A DNA stretch of 64,000 nucleotides. Origin: Rhizaria sp. SCN 62-66 (Eukaryota). Below are positions 1-11,300 of this stretch, one piece after another. The DNA lies in assembly GCA_001724265.1 (NCBI GenBank), contig MEDY01000008.1, forward strand, positions 62,001-126,000, given 5' to 3'. Every line of letters starts with the position of its first letter. Positions within the stretch are counted from its first letter, which is position 1. The position numbers were made by a program, and so were the translations under genes. The notes beneath the pieces were generated by a model, which was given only the letters and a program-made list of their open reading frames with translations, searched no databases and was not told the DNA's origin.

Positions 1-600
1 CACGGCACTCCGTTCGTCCTCTCGTCTTCTCCTAGCGCCCAGACCACCAACGGTGCCCCCGCGCTCGCTGCCGCGGCCGCAGGTTCGCCGGTGAGCGAGG
101 TCGCGCAGTGGCAGCGCGCCGGTGGTAACACCGGTCCCATCGTGCTGCAGCCGCCGGCGACGTTCACGATCGTGTCTCAGCTCCCGCTGCGGCCTGTGCC
201 CGCGCTGGCGGCGACCACGGACGCGAGCAGCACCGCAGAGGCGCACGCTAACGCGCTGACGCTGACGTTCCGCGACGCCTACGGGCGGCAGCTGGCGACG
301 GCAGCGGCACTGTTCCACTGCCTCGACGTGGCCACGGTCACGCTCGGCGACGGCACCAAGGCGCTCACGATCGCCGCGATGCGGCTGCCCGCCCCTCGCA
401 AGAGCCGCAAGACCGTGGCGGGCGGGTCGGCGACGGCGGACGAGGAAACGGATGCCACCGAGGGCGAGGCCGAGGTGGGCGTGAAGGCCGGTGGTGACGG
501 CGTGGAGACCGTGGGCGCGCGGGCGATGAAGCTGGCGAAGCACGGGTTTGACCTTGTACCCACGCTTAAGGGATACTCGGGCAAGGGCAGCAAGGCGTGA
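1..600 (+). CDS. 3' end of a gene (5'-partial); C-terminal segment resembles a degenerate R3H-like domain
   Basis: Frame is open from base 1 to TGA at 598-600, with GC-rich coding composition followed by a sharp drop to AT-rich sequence. FRDAYGRQLATAAALFHCLDVATVTLGDGTKALTI loosely fits the R3H pattern, but the RxxxH His is replaced by Thr. Confidence 0.6.
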   Translation, partial: HGTPFVLSSSPSAQTTNGAPALAAAAAGSPVSEVAQWQRAGGNTGPIVLQPPATFTIVSQLPLRPVPALAATTDASSTAEAHANALTLTFRDAYGRQLATAAALFHCLDVATVTLGDGTKALTIAAMRLPAPRKSRKTVAGGSATADEETDATEGEAEVGVKAGGDGVETVGARAMKLAKHGFDLVPTLKGYSGKGSKA

Positions 601-2447
601 GATGATCATCAGTAATCCTTGACAACAATTTAACAGACTTACTCAAACATTTTCTTATCAGGCACCCAAGGAGCTTGCCAAATTCAATACAAACATGTCG
701 CACTACGACAGTTTTAGTCAACGCATGTCTCTTTTTAGATTGATAATTTGACGCATGTACACAGTCTTTCACAATGGATAGTCTGTATTAGTTTGAGGAC
801 TAGTTTTTTAAAGAAGTCAACAGAGAAAAAAACAAGTGCAGATGTGTTAACATATAAAAAAATTATGCAGTACGCAGCTTTACCAACACACAGTTGCGCA
901 CACAAACCTATGATGTCGGGTTTCAATGTAACGCTAAGAAGCATGTCACATAAAGATTACGATGTTTGTCAGTGAACATTGATTGACTCTTAACACGAAA
1001 GAATGCGAAACGTAAAAGTGATAGAAGCTGAGACAAAAACAGTGACAAGGCAGCGAGCAGGCACGTATGCTGCGACAAAGTGACACATGTTACGTACGTC
1101 TGACGAATAGAGATTGCGTATCATGAAGGCAACACCAACAAAAACGCTGCCGCACACAGTTATTAAAAAAATATGAGGAAAGTATGCTGAAAAATCGTGC
1201 TGAAAAATCGCGAGATCTTTTTTTAAACAAGCAATGTCGTTGAATTCGGAGAAAACTGTCACAACGCATTGCATTTTAAGACACCCAAAGCTGTCCCGAA
1301 AAAAAAACACACAACAACACGCGCACGGTCACGAAGACACGAGGTTACTTCGAACACAGTAAATTGTGGTACGCGCGCAGGTGACAAGCTTAGTGGTAAG
1401 TGAGAGAGTGATGTCATGTAATAAGAAAAAAAAAGAAGTCTGTGTGAGTATTTAAAACACAGGAAGCGACCAGGATAGGAAGCGCTCTCTGTGGGAACGA
1501 GGAGAGTGGTGCAGGAGGTAGTAATGATAAGAAATCAACGAAACACACTGACAAAGCGGAGGAAGCGAAAAGAAGAAGAAAAATAAGAAAATAAAACAAA
1601 ATAAGATTAACATGCAAACAAAATTCAAACATATGAGTGCATTCACGTCCATGCCAATGCGTGATAACAACACCAGCATACACACCCATCTTCCGCAAGT
1701 GCACATCAAAAAAGAGGTACACGAAGTTAATGCGGTCAAACGCTGTCAGCAGTGCTTATAGCGAATACCACAAAAGCAATTACGATGCGCAAACAACAAC
1801 ACAACGAAATTGGATTAAAAAACAACAACAACAAAAGAGTAGTAATGAGAGCAGGAAGATGGAAGCTGTGTGATCGTGAACGATTGACAAAGGGATCTAG
1901 CAGTTACGTATTCAAGTCACACGCACATACTAAGCCCTATTTTGCAGTCGAAAATATTTTAAATGCTTTGCTAATAATAGTCGTTGTAGAACTGGAAGCA
2001 ATGCGAACAAGGAACAAACATGTACACATTCTTAAAACGAGTCACCCTGAGGCGACGATAGGGGACCAGAGTTGCATCATGTGAACTAGGTTACGATTTT
2101 TTTTTTTTAAAAACAACTAGAGTTACAATAAAAAGTCTTGCTAGGCAACACAAAAAACAACAACAACAGAGAACACATTGGACAGTCAAACGTGCACAAA
2201 CATTAGCACACACATAGCCTTATCGGAACAGGGAGGAAATGAGAAGCGGACCCGACACCATAGAGCAGGAAGAGTCGCAGTACGAAGTTACACAGAACAT
2301 GAGAGATCCAGAAGATGCCGTGCCAGCGTAACCATGTGTTGTGAAAGTAGACGGCTTTTACTACCTCGACAAACAAGACATAACAGTTCTGACGGTGTGC
2401 CTATCACTCACCGTTGCCCTTTGTCGCGGTGTTGCATCCACTGTTGC

Positions 2448-5400
2448 TTACTTGAGTCCCGGATAGCCCGAGGCGGAGCCACTCGCGTCGGCAGTCCAAT
2501 TGGCCGGGAGACCAACGCCCTGCATCGGCATTTGCAGACCGCCAGACATCGCGACTGCCGCCATCGCCGCCGCCGAAGCAGCCACAACATCCGCGGTCAC
2601 CGCAGACGCCGCAACATCGTTGCCGTTACCGATGCGCGCAAGCGCCATGGCCTGCCGCTTCTCGCGGTACTTGGCCCTGCGCTGCTCGTTGATCTTGCTG
2701 GCGTTGATGTTCCAGTACTCGCGCGCAGCCTGGTTGAACCGCTCGCGCGTCGCCGCGCGCTTCAGCCGGCGCCGCTCGTTCGAGTGGTCGCGTGAGTTGG
2801 CCGAATGCGTCTGCATGTCCCCCATCCCGCCCTGGTACTCTGGCCCCCCCGCGCCGCCGTCGTCGGCGTCGCCGTAGCCCGCGGCGTCGTACGCGGCCAG
2901 GTCAGCAACCGCATCCGCATCCCCATGAGCGCCCGCCATCGTGGCACGCACGTTAGCGAGTTGGCTCACCGGGCCGCCCGCGCCGCCGACGCCGCCGGCG
3001 ACATGGAGGGGCGTCACACCGAGCGCGCCGCCGGAGTAGCCGCTGCGCGCCCCGCCGCGGGCCCCGCCGCGCGCGCTGCCGCGAGCGGCGGAACCGCCGC
3101 GGGCCGCGATGGTGGTGTAGCTGGCCGTGCCCGCCGCGCCACCGCGCGCAGCGCTGCCGCCGCGGCCGCCGCGGGCAGACGAGGCCGTCCCGCCGCGGCC
3201 GTGCGCTGCAGCGGTGGCGGTCGCGACAATGCCCGCGGCGTTCTGGCCGTACGCCGCGGCGAGCTGCTGCTGCTGTTGCTGCTGTTGTTGCTGCTGCACT
3301 TGGTACTGCAGCTGGAAGTAGTCGACGTTCGCAGCGGCAGCGGCGGCAGCAATAGCAGGATCGTAGTTTTGCATCATCGCAACGTTGTTATGCACTGAGG
3401 CCGCGGCGGGGGCCGAGTAGGCGTAGTTGCGCATCGTTGCCGCGTTCAGCGCCGCAGCGAGAGACGCCGCAGTCGCCGGGTCGAAGCCCGCAGCGCCTGT
3501 GGTGCCTGCTGCGGCGCCCGCCGCAGTGAACATGCTAAACGTGTTAGCATTAATCTGTTGCGCGGCGTTCGTGGTGGCGCCCGGTGCGGCGGCGTTGACG
3601 CCGTAGGTGTTGGCATAGACTGCGTTGAGCGTGTTTGCGTCGAAAGCACCGGCGGCAGAGCCTTGCGCAGCAACGATGTAAGCGTACGCTTGCTGCTGTT
3701 GCTGTTGCTGCTGCTGCGATTGGAGAGCCTGGAGTTGCAGTTGCGCCTGGAGCTGCTGCTGTTGCAGCTGCGCCTGTTGCTGTTGCTGTTGTTGCTGCTG
3801 CTGCGCTGCCAGTGCCGTATAGGCGTTGGACACCACGCTGTACGAGCCCGCGGGCAGGACGGTGATGCTGTTCGCGGTCAGCACGGGCACGCTGACGCTC
3901 GCCACCGTCGCGGCCGCGGACGGCACCGCGGTCGAGGACGTGGGCGAGCTGCCATGGCTGGGCACCGACGACAGCAGCGCGTCGCTGGGGCTCGAGGTGT
4001 ACGAGCCCGCGCCGGCAGCGCCCGCACCGGCACCGGCGCCGGCGCCGTACACGTTCGCGGCATCAGCGGGCGCGTAGCTGGGCTGGACCGGGAGCGAGGC
4101 CCCGGTCCCGGCCGCGGCAGCGCCGTTGGCGGACGAAGCGGCAGTCGTAAGAGCAGACCCGCTGGCTCCAGCAGCCGCGCCGGCCGCGGGGGCGGCCGCG
4201 GTCCATGCGGAGCCGGCGGCCCCCGCGGCCGCGCGCGGCGCAGACAGGGACCCGCCGGCGCTGCTGACGCTGCTCAAGCCTGCCGAGGTGAGCGCGTGCT
4301 GCGCGCCTGTCGACGCGCCGCTGGCGGCCGAGACGCCCGTCACGCCGGCGGCCATGTTGGCGCCCGACCAGTAGGACGCCAGGGTCTTAGGGTCCGTCGC
4401 CGTCGTCGCCGCAGCCGCATTCGCGGCGTTGGTCCCCAGGAGCGCGCTGACCAGCAGTGAGTTGTTGGCGGACGAGCTGGGGTACGACGCCAGCGCCGTC
4501 TGCTGCTGGTGCTGGTGCTGCCCGCTCGTCGCAACGGCCGAGGCGGGCGTGGGCGGCGCGACGAGCAGCGAGACGCCGCCGGGCACTAGGGTGGCCGACG
4601 ACCGGCGCGGCGCGAGACGCGAGTTTACGACCGTGGGCGCCATGAGTGAGTGCCCCGCCGAGGCCGACAGCGCCGCGGACGACAGCGCGGAGCCGGCGAG
4701 CGCGCCGCTGACGGCCGTCGCGGGAGCTGCGGCGGGCTGCGCGGCGGGCGAGGCCGGCGAGCTGGACGCGACAGCTAACATGGTGCGGAACGACTGCGAC
4801 GTCAGCAGTCGGCTCGCGGCGGACATGGTGCCTGTGTTGCCGGCGCCGGCGCCGTGGGCGTTGGCGGACGCCGAGGCCATCGCGGGGGACATCGGGGACA
4901 GCACTGCGTGCGCCCCGCTGTACGGCCCGAACGAGTTGGGTTGATGCGCGAGCATCGTGTGGCCGCCGCTGCCGGCCCCGACCGCGGCGGTGCCGAGAGC
5001 GGCCGCGCCGAGAGTGGAGCCGGCGAGGGTGCCGGTGGGCAGCGCGCTGCCGGGCAGAGCGCCGAGGATGCCCGAGCTGTAGACCCCGCCGGTTAGCGCG
5101 GAGCCGGAGAGCCCCGCGTTGCTGAGCGCCGAGGGACCAAGGCCGAGCGCGTTGGCGGCGCCGCTGACGCTAGCGGTGTTAAGGCTCGAGCCCACGAGGC
5201 CCATCGACGTCAGGCTCGCGGTGCTGAGGCCGGCAGACGTCAGCATCGTGCCGCTGAGCGCGCCGGAAGTCAGTCCGCCCGCGCTGAGCCCGTTGGCGTT
5301 GAGCGCCGCGCTGCCGCCGCCGAGCGCGACCAAGCTGAGCGCGCTGGAGCTGAGTCCGGCGTTGCTGATAGCCGAGACGAGGCGCGGCCGCTTCACGCGC

Positions 5401-6566
5401 GGGTCGATGTAGCCCGCGGCGACTGAGCCGTCGGTGGTGACCACGTTGTTGTTGTGCACCGGCGACGAGACGCCGCTGCCAGCGATGGAGCCACCGACGT
5501 TGGAACCGGTCGCGCTCGTCACCCCGGAGCCAGCACCGGCGACAGGGGCGCCCGCGTGGCCGTGGTCGTGGCTGTGGGAGTAGTTCATGGACGGCACAGC
5601 GAGGTTCGCCGACGCGGGGATGTTGGCAAGCGTGGAGTGGGCGCCCGCGGGCGACGGCGAGTGCGAGCGCGACGACTGCGCCTGCGAGTGCGGCTGTGGG
5701 TGGCCCTGCGTGTGCGAGTGCGCGTGCGGAAGGGCGCGCGGGCGCGGGGAGCCCGACGTGCTGCCCGACAGGACGCCGGACACGTTGCCGGAGCCGTTGG
5801 ACGACACGGACGACGACCGGGCGCTGAGAAGCGCGGCGGCCAAGGTCACGGCGTCGGTCGGCGCGGGCACAGGCGGCAGGTGCACCAGCGTGACGCCGGG
5901 GCCGCCACCGCCCACCGCAGCGGCCGCGCCGACGGTGGCTGAGCCGGGCGTGGAGGAGCCGCCGGAGATGTTGGTGGGGGACGGTGAGGCCGAGGCCGAC
6001 ATCGTGCGAGACATTGGGCCGACACTGCCTAGAGCGCTGCCGGCGGGTCCGGCCGTGGGGGAGGCCGCGTTCGACGAACCAGAGGCAAGCGCAGCCGCCG
6101 CAGCCGCCGCGGCGGAGGTCGGGGGCATCGTGACGTGCACGGGCGAGCCGCCGAGTGCGCCGGCGAGCAGCGCGGGCGCGATGTCGGGGAAGGACGAGTA
6201 GGAGCGCAAACCGAGCCCGCGAGGTTTCGTGGCGTTGAGCAGCCCGCCGGGGAGCGTCATGGCATTCACAGCAAGGAGCGACGTGCTGCCAATGAGGGCC
6301 GTGGGAGCAGCAAAGGCGGGGGACGCGACCGCAGCGCCCGCGACAGACCCGGTGGCGGAGCCAGAGGGCAAGACGGGGACTGCACCCGCTGCGGCCGACG
6401 ACTGGAGAGTGCCGGGCACGCGGTTAGGGAAAAAAGCGCTAGCATGCTGCGAAGTTGATTGCAAAGAGTGCAGGAAACCGGACCGAGTAGGGGATGCGTG
6501 GATGGACGATGATGCGGCTGACGCGCCCGATGTTGAGGTCGCGAGAGGCTGTTGAGAGGAGCTCAT
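2448..6566 (-). CDS. Low-complexity Ala/Gly/Ser/Gln-rich protein with RGG repeats and a C-terminal basic helix (putative nucleic-acid-binding protein)
   Basis: Long GC-rich ORF; the first ATG is at 6566 (MSSSQQPL) and the stop is TAA at 2448-2450. Contains polyQ tracts, ARGG/RGG repeats and the basic segment ERRRLKRAATRERFNQAAREYWNINASKINEQRRAKYREKRQ. Confidence 0.75.
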   Translation of the reverse strand: MSSSQQPLATSTSGASAASSSIHASPTRSGFLHSLQSTSQHASAFFPNRVPGTLQSSAAAGAVPVLPSGSATGSVAGAAVASPAFAAPTALIGSTSLLAVNAMTLPGGLLNATKPRGLGLRSYSSFPDIAPALLAGALGGSPVHVTMPPTSAAAAAAAALASGSSNAASPTAGPAGSALGSVGPMSRTMSASASPSPTNISGGSSTPGSATVGAAAAVGGGGPGVTLVHLPPVPAPTDAVTLAAALLSARSSSVSSNGSGNVSGVLSGSTSGSPRPRALPHAHSHTQGHPQPHSQAQSSRSHSPSPAGAHSTLANIPASANLAVPSMNYSHSHDHGHAGAPVAGAGSGVTSATGSNVGGSIAGSGVSSPVHNNNVVTTDGSVAAGYIDPRVKRPRLVSAISNAGLSSSALSLVALGGGSAALNANGLSAGGLTSGALSGTMLTSAGLSTASLTSMGLVGSSLNTASVSGAANALGLGPSALSNAGLSGSALTGGVYSSGILGALPGSALPTGTLAGSTLGAAALGTAAVGAGSGGHTMLAHQPNSFGPYSGAHAVLSPMSPAMASASANAHGAGAGNTGTMSAASRLLTSQSFRTMLAVASSSPASPAAQPAAAPATAVSGALAGSALSSAALSASAGHSLMAPTVVNSRLAPRRSSATLVPGGVSLLVAPPTPASAVATSGQHQHQQQTALASYPSSSANNSLLVSALLGTNAANAAAATTATDPKTLASYWSGANMAAGVTGVSAASGASTGAQHALTSAGLSSVSSAGGSLSAPRAAAGAAGSAWTAAAPAAGAAAGASGSALTTAASSANGAAAAGTGASLPVQPSYAPADAANVYGAGAGAGAGAAGAGSYTSSPSDALLSSVPSHGSSPTSSTAVPSAAATVASVSVPVLTANSITVLPAGSYSVVSNAYTALAAQQQQQQQQQQAQLQQQQLQAQLQLQALQSQQQQQQQQQAYAYIVAAQGSAAGAFDANTLNAVYANTYGVNAAAPGATTNAAQQINANTFSMFTAAGAAAGTTGAAGFDPATAASLAAALNAATMRNYAYSAPAAASVHNNVAMMQNYDPAIAAAAAAANVDYFQLQYQVQQQQQQQQQQQLAAAYGQNAAGIVATATAAAHGRGGTASSARGGRGGSAARGGAAGTASYTTIAARGGSAARGSARGGARGGARSGYSGGALGVTPLHVAGGVGGAGGPVSQLANVRATMAGAHGDADAVADLAAYDAAGYGDADDGGAGGPEYQGGMGDMQTHSANSRDHSNERRRLKRAATRERFNQAAREYWNINASKINEQRRAKYREKRQAMALARIGNGNDVAASAVTADVVAASAAAMAAVAMSGGLQMPMQGVGLPANWTADASGSASGYPGLK

Positions 6567-8344
6567 CGGATGGCTGCGAGTGTTCTCACTGAGGCGCGCG
6601 GGACGCAAGTCAGACTACGGCAAGACGACGTGAAGCAATTAAAGCCCTCTGTTGAGGGCAGGAGGGTCGAAACGCGAAGGCCCGGGTTGCAGGCGTGGTG
6701 AGAACGCCGTTAAAGGAGGGGTGACGCAAGGGTAGATGGACAGCCGTGGTAGGCTTGCGAAAGCGGCCTGAGTATGCGCTACACGTAAGGTGGATATCGC
6801 AGAAGCAAGTATCTTCAGTTAGCACCCTTAGCGTACAGTCCTATACTGCGACAGCTCGTGAGCAGGATAGGGGTGGACACGTGTGGATTAGGTGCTCTGC
6901 ACAAGGCGAGTTCACAGCGGTTAGACATGGCACAGGCGAGTGTTTTGGTGAGATCAACAGATAAGAATTTAGCAATTTACAAGGTGCCCCAAGAGGATAG
7001 AAACACAATATAGCAAACTATCGCATCAGATGTCAGTAGAAAACCTGTAATAAGACTGCATTTAGGATAAAAACAGCATGTACATAGACAAAATAGAACG
7101 CCCACCCCTCGTTTTGGCGGTCTGGCTGTCGCTGGGTTTAGATCCGTCGCCGTTGTTGCCCTGCTTGGCAGCAACGTCTGGAATATGAACAGGACCTTCA
7201 GCACATTACATATCACATTGAGACACATTCCTCACCCGAACAAACGCATGTGTCATCGCGTCTGACTGCCAACAATGCCTTTCGCATGCTCATCCGAGGC
7301 GACGTTCGACGAAGGCGCTTCACTGTTTCACTTTTTCGGTCCATGGTAAGACAACCACACGTTAATGTCGCCATCACCACAGGTCATCAAACCGTGGCTA
7401 TGGTCGATGTTTAAACATATTTGTGGTCGTACACAGTATTATTTTTTGCGTATTGCTGTTGTTGGGGAGGAGCTTGTTTATTGGAGTTCGTTGTTGTCAT
7501 TGCTGACAAGCAACACTGGACTGTGATGGGAGCACGTACAGACATAAACACACCCACAGCAGAAATCTAACTTGATATCATACTTATACATTGTCACAAA
7601 AGTGCACTGTTGTTGTGACTGGCAGACGCGACACACACGCACAGCACACACACACAACACAGTCGCACAGAGGGATATATGGGAGGGCTACATAAAAACA
7701 GTTATAATCTGGTGACGGACAAGATAGAGACAAAAAGAGCAACAACAACAACACGCAACACTAAACACCATGTTAGCGCAATTTAGGATCGTATAACGAG
7801 AAAAGCGCCAATCTGAGGTTAACCAAGATCGTCACGACATGTTAGCAAGTTAAGCTTCACAAACACGACTACAGACGCGTGGTTACCGTACTTTGTTGGA
7901 ACGACAGAACTGATGAAATACTACTAGTCTTCGCACATAACTAAAACATAAGCATACGTACACCAAAGAGCTATAAGATAAAATACATGCAATGCGAAAG
8001 ACCCATATAAAGAAAGGACAGGACCGACTACGTTTGGCTTTGCAGACACAGCAACGACGTAGTAAGTTTATTTCTTACGGCGTGTGTGGTTGCAGCTTAA
8101 GATTAAAATAGCGCGATTGACCCCTTATCAAATAAGGCTTCACGCGGTATTGCATCATCTTAAAATAAAAGACAATATCCAAAAAAGAGTTCTATACGAG
8201 TTTGAATCGGTATTGGCACGCTGGGTGCGTGTGTTCATCAGCAAGTCACGCCTGAGACTACGCGTTTTTCAGCTCGGGTCAGGTTTGGCGATCTTGCTTT
8301 GTTTCCACGTAATAAGTGACTTGGAACTGCAAAACAGAGTAGTC

Positions 8345-11300
8345 TTAAGCAGAATCACCATCGGCGGAGATAAACGACACACCCAGCGCACTCGCACTCG
8401 GCTCAAGACCTTCGTTCTGCGGTTCAGGCAGCATCTGCGATTGCGGTTGCGACTGGGACACGGCTTGTGGCTGCGGCTGGGACTTGGGCTCGGACGACGG
8501 GGCCGAGACGGCTTCGGAGACAGCACTCGGTGTCGCCGCCACAGTCTGCGCGCCGACAACCGGCAGCGACGACGCCGACGCCGTCGCGGACGCGGCCATC
8601 GAGCCCGTCGCAGAGGTGGACGCCTCGAGACTCGAGGCCGAGAGCCCTGTGGAGATGGGCGCCGGAATCAGCCCCCGGCCCGCGGTCGGCGCGGCGTTGC
8701 TATTGCTGTTGTTGGGGTGCGCGGCGTTGAGACGCGTGAGCGGGGTGGGCGTGTCGGGCGTGTCTAGCTCAACAGGTGTCACCGTCACGAGCACGGGCGA
8801 CGCCAGCGGGCCGTCGGCGGCGTGCGCAATGCTGGGCGTCGACACCGCCGCGCCGTGGTTGTTGCTTACGGCAGCGGCGTTCGCAGGCGCGGCGGAGGGG
8901 CCGGTCGCGGGCGGGTTGGACGCCGTGGACACGGGCGTGATGGGCGACAGCGCAGGCGCGGCGACGTTGAGCTTGAGCGCCTGGCCGCTGCTGGTGGCGC
9001 CTGACGCGCCGCCGGTCAGAATGCCGCCGTTGTTACCAACGCCAGGGAAAAAGGCAGACGCCGACGTCGAGGTCGCAGACGAGGCTGGCGTCATTGTCGT
9101 GGCAGCGATCGGGGCACCTTGCTGTTGCTGCAGAGCCTGGGTGGTCGCAGCATACGCGTGCGCGGCAGCCTGTGCCTGCGCCTGGAGCTGGGCGAGCTGC
9201 GCCTGCTGCTTCTGGAGCTGTTGCTGCTGCAGCAGGAGCTGCTGCTGAGCGATCTGCTGCTGGATCGGCACGTGGTGCGCCTGCGAAAGCGCGCTGCGGG
9301 GCGTCGCGGGCACGCCGGGCGTGGCGCCACCGGCCGCACCCGCGGGGGTCGCAGGCGCCGCTGCGGGCGCCGCGGTCGGGGCGGCGGCGATGTGACCGGT
9401 GCTGCCGGTGCTGCTGCCGCTGAGGTTGGCGGGAATCGTCATGGGCACGTGCATCGGCATCGGGGGAACCATGCCGGGCATCACGACGTTGCTGTTGCTG
9501 TGACCGAGAGTGCCGTGCGCGCCCGCGACGGCGCCCACGCTGTGGCTGCCACCGTGGGCTGCGCCGGCCGCGGCGGCGTGGCCGAGGATGGGGGCCGCGC
9601 CGGGGACGCTCGAGGGCGCGCTGGAGCCCGGGTATGAGGTCGACAGCGGCGTCGCGGGCGAGAAGGCGCGCTGCTGCGGCGGCGACGGCGTGCCGTGCTG
9701 CTGGCCGTGCAGCTGCGGGTGGTCGGCGCCCGAGTGCAGCACATGCGGGCCCGCGGGGAAGGAGCTCAGGCCGGTCGACACGCTCGAGTTGCTGCCCGTC
9801 TGCAGGAGCGCGTTGTGATGCAGCAGCGGGTGTTGCTGCTGCTGCTGCTGCTGCTGGTGCAGAAGCTGCTGCAACTGTTGTTGCTGCTGCTGCAGGATGT
9901 TCTGCTGCTGCTGGAGCTGCGCCTGCGCGTGCGCCTGCTGCTGGTGCAGTTGCTGCTGCTGGACGTGCTGCTGCTGCGTCTGGTACATGTGCAGCTGCTG
10001 CTGGTAGCCCTGCACCATGACCTGGTATGAGTCGAACTGCTTCTGCAGCGCCGCCTGCTGCTGCGCCAGCGAGGATGCCGTCACCGACACGGGCGCGCCG
10101 CCGACGATGCCGACGCTCGTCTGCGGCGTGATGCCCAGCGCGGGCGCTCCAGACGCCGACAGACGGGGCGTCACTGCACCGCTCGCAGTCGCCGCCGAGA
10201 GCGCGCCGGGCCCGCTGCCGGCCGTCGCGGGCATCACGGGCGCGATCGTGCTGACGGGGGCGCCCGCGACGGCGGACATGGGCAGCGCGCCGGAGCTGGG
10301 CGTCGACGGCCGCGGCGAGGGCTGCGTGCGCGACGAGGGCCCCACGGGGCGCGGCGCGGGAGACGGCAGCGCCGCCACGGAGCCGACGGGCGCGCCCGCG
10401 ACCGCGGAGACGGAGGAGCTCGCGCCGCTGACGCTGCCGTGGGTCGGCGTCGGCGAGGGCGACGGGGCCGGGGCGGCGGCGTGCGCGGACAGGGTGCGCG
10501 CGTTCGTCACGGGGGTCTTGCCCGTGGGGATGCCCGCGGACGAGTGCGAGGGCGGCTCCTGCGTCGGCGCGCGCGAGAGGTTCGGCAGGCCGTAGGGCGA
10601 AGGGGAGACGGAGCCGATGCGGGAGAACTGGTCCGTCGAGGGCGACTTCTTGAGCCCGGGGTAGAGCACGGCGGGCGTGACGTCCTTGCGCAGCGACGCG
10701 AACCAGGGGTGCGCCATCGCGGCCGAGGACGTGGGGCGCGACGATGGCAGCTTCTGCAGCAGCAGGGTGACGAAGTCACGCGCTTCGGGCGACACCGTCT
10801 GCCACTCGGTCGCCGTGAAGGACAGCGGTGCGTAGAGCGTCTGGTGGATAACCTGGGCCTGCGTGCGGCCCTGGAACGGCAGCTCGCCGGACAGCAGGAC
10901 GAAGACGATGACGCCGAGTCCCCACATGTCGACCATCTTGGAGTAGCCCTTGAGCAGCAGGACCTCAGGCGCGACATACGAGATGGTGCCGCAGTTGAGC
11001 TTGAGCACCTCTTGCGGACACGCAAAGATGGAGAGCCCGAAGTCGGCGAGAACGACCTTGGTGTCGTCCGTCTTGTCCAGCATGAGGATGTTCTCGGGCT
11101 TCAGGTCGCGGTGAACGATGCCGCGCTCGTGCAGGTAGTCGAGCGCCGAGAGCAGGCGCCACGCGATGACGCGCGCGACCTTCTCCGAGAAGACCTTGCG
11201 CATCATGATGCGGTCGAACAGGTCGCCGTGCGGCACCAGTGGCATCACAATGTAGATGTTCGAGTGGTCCTCGAATACTTCCTTCATGTTGATCACGTTG

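Noticed and set aside
601-2440. Short ORFs in AT-rich sequence (also 6600-8340, 14040-15340, 49750-50750)
   Set aside because: UTR/intergenic composition with A-runs and CAA/CA microsatellites; no recognisable protein motifs.
2440-2455. TAA at the end of the 2448-6566 gene as part of a GTAAGC splice donor, or as a read-through codon
   Set aside because: No convincing downstream exon, the donor does not match the local GTACG consensus, and TAA is the normal terminator for most genes here.
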